In this document: positions 1 to 7,200 of the stretch, piece by piece
Layout of the letters: the number at the start of each line of letters is the position of its first letter
Numbering within the stretch: the stretch's first letter is position 1
Assembly: GCA_041946805.1 (NCBI GenBank)
Contig: JBHGBC010000197.1
Span: 1-10,354, forward strand
DNA: 10,354 bases
DNA from: a bacterium
GTDB lineage: Bacteria > Hinthialibacterota > Hinthialibacteria > Hinthialibacterales > Hinthialibacteraceae
Direction of reading: 5' to 3'
Position numbers and translations under genes: made by a program
Notes under the pieces: model-generated
The model's input: the letters and a program-made list of their open reading frames with translations, nothing else
The model's database searches: none
What the model was told of the DNA's origin: nothing

Positions 1-56
1 GTGGCCATGCACAGCGCCACCGCCAAGATAAAGGATGTTAAAAACAAACTTTTCAT
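1..56 (-). CDS. 5' end of a gene for a secreted/periplasmic protein (partial, runs off the window edge)
   Basis: ATG at 56-54 with SD-like AAGGGAG just upstream. Translation MKSLFLTSFILAVALCMAT... has the basic n-region and hydrophobic h-region of a Sec signal peptide. Too short to appear in the ORF track. Confidence 0.75.
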   Translation of the reverse strand, partial: MKSLFLTSFILAVALCMA

Positions 57-226
57 GGTAATTCTCCCTTCTTTTCCTGAATTATTTGATTTTTTTCAAA
101 AATAAACTGAAAAAAGTACAACTTTTCTTCCCTTTAACGAATAGATTAACTAGAAAAAATTTCTCTCCTTTTGAACGTATGAATAACTACATGTTCACTT
201 TTTTTTTCATGCGAGAAGACGGAACA

Positions 227-714
227 TGTCAAGAACTTTGAGACAACTCTCTGCTTAAATTATTGAGCCGATCGTATGGAAGTTTTTTCCCTCCTTTCCG
301 CGTTGCCATTCGAAGAACTTTTTTTACTGTCCTTCGGACAGGCGTGGTTGAGGCATGGGGAACCTATCAATCCGATGAATTGAATTGTTTTGGGCTTTCT
401 CTAGCCGGCTTCCACGGCCCGCACGCTCCGCGCCTTCTAGGATGCCGGAAAACGCCGCCGTTTTGGTTTCTCCTGGACTTCGGAATCCGGTGGGGCGGAA
501 TCCCCACTTCTCACGGCTTGATTGGGCGTTGACGGAATCTCGCTATGGCCGTTCGCTGGCTTCGGCTCCATTCCCGGATCCTCCCGCTGTACTCCGGCCA
601 CACGGGATGGATCTTCTGGGTTTACTCTGCTTCTTTTTTCTGGTCTCATCACGCGTCTCTCCCCACCCTCGGCACTTTAATTTCTCGGGAGAGCCGTCTC
701 CAAGTATCCTGGCA
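227..714 (-). mobile_element. Internally deleted IS3-like insertion sequence (MITE-like remnant, ~490 bp)
   Basis: Imperfect terminal inverted repeats, both starting TG: TGTCAAGA-ACTTTGAGACAACTCTCTGCTTAAATTA (+, from 227) versus TGCCAGGATACTTGGAGACGGCTCTCCCGAGAAATTA (-, from 714), 26/37 identical by manual alignment. They enclose an OrfA-like fragment. No clear target-site duplication. Confidence 0.65.
401..652 (-). pseudogene. IS3-family transposase OrfA N-terminal fragment
   Basis: ORF 437..652 ends in PPDSEVQEKPKRRRFPAS*. Reading through the TAG at 437-439 gives KARSVRAVEAG*, resembling the recalled OrfA pattern PDPEVxEKPxRRRFxAxYKxRIxxxxxAC, with TAG in place of the Tyr codon. A purine-rich SD (GGGGAGAG) lies upstream of the start. 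Confidence 0.6.
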
Positions 715-723
715 CAGAGGGAG

Positions 724-793
724 AACAATGTCAAGCGAGTATCTTGTGCCTATCAACCACGAATCGGACCGCTGCTAATCGCTTGACGTTATT
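724..793. repeat. 18-bp imperfect inverted repeat; each arm carries an outward-facing -35-like hexamer
   Basis: AACAATGTCAAGCGAGTA (724-741) versus the reverse complement of 776-793, AATAACGTCAAGCGATTA: 15/18 identical with a 34-nt spacer. TTGACA on - at 729-734 and TTGACG on + at 783-788. Confidence 0.55.
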
Positions 794-897
794 AATGTTA
801 TCCGGGATTTCCCATGTAATCCGAGAGATCTCCCCATTTTTTTGATTTCATCCTATTTTCTCATACAATGAAGCGGCATGTCAACCCTCCTTCCAGG

Positions 898-1177
898 CAT
901 GGCAATCGCATGAAATCGTTCCAAGCGCGAGATTGCATAAGTTGAATATTTGAAATCAGTTAATCAAGAGGTAGTATAACCCATTCCTCTCAAATCCGAA
1001 CGGGAAACGCGGAGGAGAATTTTTCGATCATTCGCAGACTGGCGTCAAATTTGATTAAACAGGAAAAAACCTCCAAAGGGGGGGCAAAGCCAGGCGGTTA
1101 CGCTTCGGTTGGGATGAAACCTAATTCGGGAAGGTGATATTCGGTGGAGGAACCTAAATTTTCATGCGATTGCCCTG
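898..1177 (+). mobile_element. Internally deleted ISAs1-family element (~280 bp)
   Basis: Terminal inverted repeats CATGGCAATCGCATGAAA (898-915) and the reverse complement of 1160-1177, CAGGGCAATCGCATGAAA (17/18). CAGGG... ends are typical of ISAs1. Only the transposase C-terminus is enclosed. No target-site duplication. Confidence 0.85.
988..1157 (+). pseudogene. ISAs1-family transposase C-terminal fragment
   Basis: SQIRTGNAEENFSIIRRLASNLIKQEKTSKGG, then a frameshift near the G run at 1078-1084, then KARRLRFGWDET*FGKVIF. This matches the ISAs1 C-terminal pattern RIRxxNAxENFxxxRxxAxNLLKQ...KRLxAGWD. Premature TAA at 1122-1124. Confidence 0.85.
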
Positions 1178-2243
1178 ACGAAACTCCCGCTCCACGTGGT
1201 GGTTCATCGAAGGCACCTCGGGATGATCCAGAAACGTCCACCGCTCATCCCAATAGTACCGCAACCGCTGGGCGAGGCGTCGCACACCGGGATCGGCGGA
1301 TTCGGTCAGCATGAGATCCACGAGTCGCTCGTTCAGCCGCTGGACGCGCGCGGCGTAAGTCTCCGGTGTGAAATCCTTCCGGTTGCGCAAGCCCAGGGTG
1401 TCCCGGAACAGCCGTATCGCTTTCCGGGCGAACGCCTGCCACGCGGCCGAGGGGTTGACCTCGCGCGTCCGTTCCACCTCGCGCAACCGATGCGCCAGGC
1501 AGAACTGGCGTCGCTCGCAGGTGACCGCGTGGTAGGCGGCCCGAAAATCGGTGGCTAGGGCGCCCGCGAAGGCGTCTGCGAAGAATTTCTTCAAGGCGGG
1601 ACTGCCGCGGCTGCGGTCGATCAGGTAGACCGTGGTGTCCGCGCTGTTGAAACACCACAGCCAATGGGTTTGGCCGTGGATCCGCCAGCCGGTTTCGCCG
1701 GCGTGCAGCTCGGCGGCCTGGCGGGCCTCGTCCATCAACCGCGCGTACCAGGGCTCGAGATGCTCCGCCAGCCGCTGCCTCATGCGCATGAGACCTCCCG
1801 TGCGGAGGGGGCCATGCCGATGGGTGTTGAGCATCTCCACGATCCGGCGGACGGGAATGCCTACGTGGTAATGCCAATAGGCGGTGAGGCTCAGGAGCCG
1901 GAGGCCGAGGGTGGTGCCGGGGAGCGCTTCAGGGACCGAGGGCTTGACGGTCTTTTTTACAGCCCGGGCGGTAGGTGAGGTGAATGATGTGTTCGACATT
2001 TTTCGTGCGGATATTTTCGGGCAGATCCTCGAGGCTCGGGGCGCGGTGGCGTGTTTCCCCTGGCAGGGATGGACGGGACCGCCGCAATGGGGACAAATCT
2101 CCGGATGGTACTCGATACGCCGTTCGATGTGATCGGGCTGGGGCCGCCGCGCGCTGGGATGGCCCTTTTTGCGCACCGGTTTTTTTTGATTGCCCTGGGC
2201 GTGGGGTTTGTTCGGGGGAGGCATCGCGTCTAAGGGGGTGGGG
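1178..2243 (-). pseudogene. tnpC: IS66-family transposase TnpC, truncated at both ends and degenerate
   Basis: IS66 motifs: RKKGHP, CPHCGG zinc finger, LHAGETGW (canonical HADETxW), WLWCF, SRGS, QFCLAH, NHHVEREFR (canonical TNNxAERxxR). Two compensating frameshifts (~2045 and the A run at 1953-1958) hide LEDLPENIRTKNVEHIIHLTYRPGCKK. The C-terminus is cut by the ISAs1 end at 1177. Confidence 0.9.
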
Positions 2244-2410
2244 CCCGTCCCCAGCTTGTAATATGCGATCGCCCCCCCGGCGGCTTTCTGGTCCAACAGC
2301 CGTACGGAGATGCGGAGATAGGCCGCGGCCTCCCGCCGGGTCAGAAATTCGACCGGCCGCTCATTTGGGGGATGAATATTCGGCCTGTTTGACTGGGGAT
2401 TGGTGGTCAT
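2243..2410 (-). pseudogene. Excisionase-like (HTH_17/Xis) DNA-binding protein, C-terminally truncated and fused to IS66 TnpC
   Basis: FLTRREAAAYLRISVRLLDQKAAGGAIAYYKLG fits the excisionase-family consensus LTxxEAAxYLxISxxTLxxxxxxGxIxxxKxG. The expected final strand is replaced by transposase sequence. Confidence 0.8.
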
Positions 2411-2446
2411 GGCGCAATCCGTTGGTTCTTATCCACAAAGGATTCA

Positions 2447-2478
2447 GCGGGGGCCGATGCATCGGCATGAGCCCCCGC
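2447..2478. repeat. GC-rich hairpin with an embedded perfect 14-bp palindrome
   Basis: GCGGGGGC (2447-2454) pairs with GCCCCCGC (2471-2478). GCCGATGCATCGGC (2453-2466) is self-complementary. Intergenic between the 76-aa ORF and the Xis-like gene, with no U tract. Confidence 0.6.
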
Positions 2479-2490
2479 CGGCAGGATCTC

Positions 2491-2721
2491 CTACTGGGCT
2501 TCCCCGGTCCTGGTTTCCACAAACATGAAGAGGTTATCTCCCGCCTGGGGATGGTTGGGCACCAGGGTGCGGGGGAGCAGATTCCCCTTCAGCAACAGGA
2601 CGCGGAATTCCTTCTTGAGCTTTTTGAACAGGGCCGGCGTCAAGGTCGCGGTATAGTATTCCTCTCCTCTCTCATCCAGGGCTTTCTCCAAGACGGTGAC
2701 GAGACTGATTCCCGGTTTCAT
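2491..2721 (-). CDS. Small hypothetical protein (76 aa), translationally coupled to the primase gene
   Basis: Its ATG overlaps the primase stop (ATGA at 2721-2718) and follows SD-like AGAGAGG. Protein-like composition but no recognised motif. Confidence 0.7.
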   Translation of the reverse strand: MKPGISLVTVLEKALDERGEEYYTATLTPALFKKLKKEFRVLLLKGNLLPRTLVPNHPQAGDNLFMFVETRTGEAQ

Positions 2722-3568
2722 GATGTTGGGCCTCTCTTTTCTATAGAATATAAAGAATCCGAAGTACCGGATTTCTTACGGCGGATCGGGCATTGGACAT
2801 CACAAAAGGGAAGAATGACGGGATCTTCACAGCCGCAGCCGCGATAGGCGTGGCGATAAGCCGCGGCAGCTTGGGCTTCAATTTCGGGATCTTGAATCCG
2901 GGATTTGCCTTCCAGGGGACGGTTTTTGCGGGCCCATTGCTGGAGGAGAGCTAAGGTTAGATCGAAAGGGATGCCCAGACGTTGGCAATGAACCGCCAGC
3001 CGGAAGCAGACAACCCGCTGATAACGGGACACCCCATCGCGGAGGATGCGTTGCGCGCAGGGAGGCAAGCTGAAGGATGCCGAGATTCTTTCCGGAGTCC
3101 CGGTCTGGGGAGATGGATCAGGCAACTGCGGGGGAAACCAATCGTTGATGGCGATGATCTCGTCCAGAAGGGATTCCGGGACGACTTGAATGCTCTCCAG
3201 AATTTCCCACTGGTCCGGGTAGGGCTGCAGGGAGGCGGCCGGATCGACAAACACGGTTTTCCCTTGCGGAACCAAGGCTCCGAACAAGGGCGCGTTGATG
3301 AAATTGCCGTATTGTGTATGGGGATCGAGCCTGTCGGGCTTGGGGAAGATTTCGGGGGCGGGGATCTCGATCTCATGGAGAATGTGCTGAGTAATAATTC
3401 GGGCGGAGGCCGCCGGAACCCCGGTTTCTCGAAAAAGATCCAGGCGTGATACCCCTTGGACTTGCTGCGTTCGATATAGGCGGGCAGACGATAATGGGCG
3501 GCCCGGCTTACGAACTGCAGCGGAGGGCCGGAATCCGGTTGGTCAAAATCCACCGCCACGGCCCGGGT
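2718..3568 (-). pseudogene. Archaeo-eukaryotic primase/polymerase (AEP; TOTE/CAPP-like catalytic domain) with a PriL-like Cys4 C-terminal domain; 5'-truncated and frameshifted
   Basis: Motif I VAVDFD (DFD at 3550-3542) and motif II ERSKSKGYHAWIFF. After a one-base frameshift at the G run 3419-3422 the frame continues VPAASARIITQHILHEIEIPAPEIFPKPDRL...GNFINAPLFG into ORF 2718..3287, which ends LPPC...FRLAVH...LG...YRGCGCEDPVILPFCDVQCP. Confidence 0.85.
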
Positions 3569-3810
3569 GCGGGCGGTGTCCTGCCCGGGGACGCGCGTGA
3601 GGGGATTCCAGAGGGGAATCCACTCCGGATCCCCCGGATTGAAATAGAAGACGCGCTCCACCCTGGACTCCGGGATCAAGCCCAGCAGCCGTTCCACCAG
3701 ATCCCCGTGCGGATCCAGCACCGCAACCCCATGGCCCTTCCCGATATCGTCCAGGATCATGTGTTCCAGGAGGGAGGATTTGCCCATCCCGTGGCTTCCC
3801 AGGAGATGGG
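3569..3810 (-). pseudogene. Fragment of a VirD4/TraD/TrwB- or HerA(DUF87)-like P-loop ATPase
   Basis: HLLGSHGMGKSSLL (Walker A), GHGVAVLDPHGDLV and YFNPGD...WNPL are hallmark N-terminal motifs of coupling-protein-like ATPases. The fragment stops after ~80 aa with no Walker B and runs in frame into AEP motif I. Confidence 0.8.
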
Positions 3811-4038
3811 GTTGCGCTTGCGTGATCAGGGCCTCTTCGATGGATGACATCGTCCGCCTCGTTTTCAAGTCGTTTGGATATCCACTTGGAAAAGCGGGGA
3901 GAAAGGGAAGAGGATTTCAAATTCGTTTAAAAATATCAATTCCCACCTCCTCTTGTTACAAATATCGGCAAGAGATGAAATAGAATAATACTTTGGATTG
4001 GGGTTTGATGTGAGTGGATTTGAAGCCATAATCCAGGG

Positions 4039-4068
4039 ATTATACATATATGAAACGTGATATGGAAA
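4039..4068 (-). promoter_or_regulatory. Possible leftward sigma70 promoter
   Basis: TTTCCA (4068-4063) - 18 nt - TATAAT (4044-4039). The -10 is perfect and the -35 is 4/6, but the AT-rich context makes a chance match plausible. Confidence 0.3.
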
Positions 4069-4207
4069 AGTCAGCTATACCAGCTCGCCGGTAGAGTGAT
4101 AAGTATCTCTACCCTTGTGATATTTCTTCCAATCAGCCGCCGGGATGGTAAACATATGTTATCCCTTTCCTAATCCATTGCGGCAGAGTAATCGGTAGGG
4201 ATTTCTG

Positions 4208-4237
4208 TTGATCTGATGCCATCGGATGTGGTATATT
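4208..4237 (+). promoter_or_regulatory. Putative sigma70 promoter of the sensor kinase
   Basis: TTGATC (4208-4213) - 18 nt - TATATT (4232-4237), with an extended -10 TG at 4229-4230, about 50 nt upstream of ATG 4287. Confidence 0.55.
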
Positions 4238-4286
4238 GAAATATTACCAAAGTTTTACTAACTCTTTATTATATGGTATCGATATC

Positions 4287-7200
4287 ATGCGTGCCAAATG
4301 GGGTTGCCTCCTGTTCCTCGGTTTCGCCATGGCCTCCCCGGCCCTGGCCCAGCCCAATTATCTCTGGCAGTATTGGACAGCCAAGGACGGGTTTGAAGAA
4401 TCCTATGCACGAGACATTACATTCAGCCCGGCCGGGAATGTCTGGATTGCCTCAGGCGAAACGCCCAGCATCAGTCGTTATGATGGATACTCTTTTCAAG
4501 ATATTCCCTTGCCCTGTGAATATCTGACCACCCAGGAGAACCGCGACCGGCAGATATGGTCTATGTATTGGAAAGACAAGAAGGGAGATACACTCGGAGG
4601 TTTTCAGCAGTATCTCAATAACCAATGGGTCCAATATGAAGTGGATGTTTTCGAACCGGGCATTTATCCAGTTTTCTTTTTGCCTGCGACAAAAGATCAA
4701 TTGATTTTTCTGCTTCCCGATCGACTGATGGTATTCAACGCCGCCCAACGGGACACCCGGGAAATATTGAATGTTGCGAAAACCCGAATGGAACGGTTTT
4801 CGGAGATGATCTTTTCATCCAGCAGTGGCATTTGGATTACAGGTGAACGCGGGGCTGTGAGGGTATTGGGAGAGGGCAATACCATCGGGAGTCCTCTTGA
4901 GTGGCGGGAACACATCATTCCAGACGATATGCTTCTTCACGACTTACGTTATCCGTATGAAGGTAAAAAGGGAGAACTGTATGAAACGGCGCTAATTGCC
5001 GATACCAGCCAGGATGTTTTTGTCCGTTTGGACGGATCTTCATGGAAAAAAATAGCAACCACGGAAAAAGACAGTCTAATTGGAGTACCGGGGATTTTCA
5101 ACGATTATTGGCTTATCCGAGGTATCTATGCATGGCAAACCGCAAATTGGATCTACTCGGTCGGTAAAATACGAACTCAATATTTTGGACTCAATCCCTT
5201 TTCGATATCGTTGGTGCGCGACACGGACGAGATTACTATAAAACCAAACCACGTTTTAAGTGGCATTCTTCCTAAAATCGCTCTGGACAAATACGGCGCA
5301 GTATGGTTTCGAACCATTCAGGGTTTCGCCCGGTGCGCACCATCCCTATGGGTGACACCCGAAGGATTGATTAAGAATGATATGCTCGTGTATGGAATTC
5401 AAGAAGACAAACAAAACCGGCTTTGGTTTCATTGTAAAGATAAATTGATTGTATTGAACCATAATAAATGGAAGGAATATGCTTCTCCTTCGAGCCGATT
5501 AAGGGTAGGCGCTCCCGGTATTTTATCCGATCAAAGAATCGCACTGAGTACCTGGGGAGAAAATCTGCTGTTCAATCCAAACACAGAGCAGTATGAGACT
5601 CTTGTTCATCCGGATGGGCGAGGCTTTGGTTTTGTCAAGCAAAAAAGTGACGGTGTCATTTGGATTGAAACCGGAGATGCCCAAAAATGGTACATCGAAC
5701 TATTTGATGGGATCATTTTTAAGACCCTCTATGAATTTCCTCCTGAAGAGGAGGGAGTTGATTGGATTCACGAATTTTATGAAACCCAGGACGGATTGTT
5801 TTGGGTCGGCGGCTCCGCCGAAAATGGACTGGCGCAAATCCAAGATGGCAAAATGAAGATATTCTCCGCCAAAGATAAATACCTGGGGAGCCGCGCCATC
5901 TGTATCATGGAGGTCGAACCGGGGAAAATATGGTATGGCAGTAAACATGGGATCTATGAATATGACGGGGTAACATTTTCCGTTGTCAATACGAATTTTG
6001 AATATGTCAACAAAATGATTCGCAGTAAAGATGGCAGCATCTGGGCCGCAGCCAATGATGGAGTACATCGATATCGCAACGGTTCCTGGGTATCCTATTC
6101 TGTAGACGAGGGGCTTCCCGATGCTGCAGCGAACGCCGTCTATGAGGACAGTCAAGGCCGGATTTGGGTAGGTACAACCAGTGGAATCAGCGTTTACAAT
6201 CCCCAAGCCGATACCGATCCCCCCAAGGTATTCATGGTGGAAGACAAAAACGTGCGGACCATCGCTCCCGACGGCGAAGCCCAATTCGTCTTCACGGGAA
6301 TCGACAAGTGGAAATACACCGAAAAGGAACGCCTATTGTACTCCCACCGGATCTACCAAGCCGCCTGGTCGCCCTTCAATTCCGACACTGTAGCCACGGT
6401 TTCCGGCATGGATAGCGGGAACCATGTATTCGAAGTCCGTTCCATGGACCGCAATTGGAATGTATCCGAGCCAGTGTCATGGGAATTTACTGTCTTACGA
6501 CCTTGGTATCGAATGCCGGCGTTTTTAGCCATAATCACAATAAGCACCATGGTCATCTTCATGCTGGCTTGGAAGCTGAGTAATAGGCATTTCCAGCTAC
6601 GCCGTGCTTATGTACAAGTTCAGGAAGCCAATGTTCAACTCCAGCAACTCGACCAGATGAAATCCACCTTCGTATCCCAGGCCTCGCATGATCTTCGCAC
6701 TCCACTGACCGCCATCAAGAGCAGCCTGGATAATCTTAAACGTGGAGTGGGTGGAGGATTAAATGAAAAGCAGGATAAGGTCGTCGAAAGGGCATCCCAT
6801 TCGGTCGATCGCCTGACTCACTTGATCAACGATGTATTGGACATCAACCGCATCGAATCCGGCCGGATGGTCCTGGAAAAGAGTGACATCAACTTCGGGG
6901 CTGTAATCCAGAACGCCGTCTATGAAAACCACCCGGCAGCGGATCAGAAGAGGATCATTCTGAGCGTTCACGGTTTAGAGGATCAGTACCCCGTTCACGT
7001 GGATAGCAGCAAAATGGAACGGGTGGTGGGAGAACTGATCGGCAATGCCATCAAGTACACCCACGAAGGCGGGCAGGTCACGGTCACTCTAAAGCAAGAC
7101 GATAATCGGGTAGTTCTCTCGGTCAAGGACACCGGCATCGGGATGACACCGGAGGAATGCGCCAAGATCTGGGACCGCTTCTACCGCACCCGGGCCTCCC

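Noticed and set aside
263..786. Plus-strand ORFs 263..532, 385..786 and 545..778
   Set aside because: They are antisense to the IS3-like remnant, two of them cross its boundary at 714, and none has motifs.
724..793. Integron attC site
   Set aside because: The ends do not fit RYYYAAC...GTTRRRY, and there is no integrase or cassette array.
2718..3568. CRISPR-associated primase (CAPP) or TOTE defence locus
   Set aside because: No CRISPR array, cas, TPR or helicase genes occur in the window; the neighbours are Xis and a coupling-type ATPase.
2957..3868. 303-aa ORF as a genuine ATPase-primase fusion protein
   Set aside because: Both domains are incomplete, and everything after residue ~150 is out-of-frame sequence caused by the frameshift at 3419-3422.
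1196..3983. Plus-strand ORFs such as 1984..2847, 2982..3449 and 3446..3847
   Set aside because: They are antisense to segments with clear protein-family motifs and have no independent support.
4090..4113. Hairpin GGTAGAG...CTCTACC as a terminator
   Set aside because: The stem is short, there is no proper U tract, and no gene ends just upstream.
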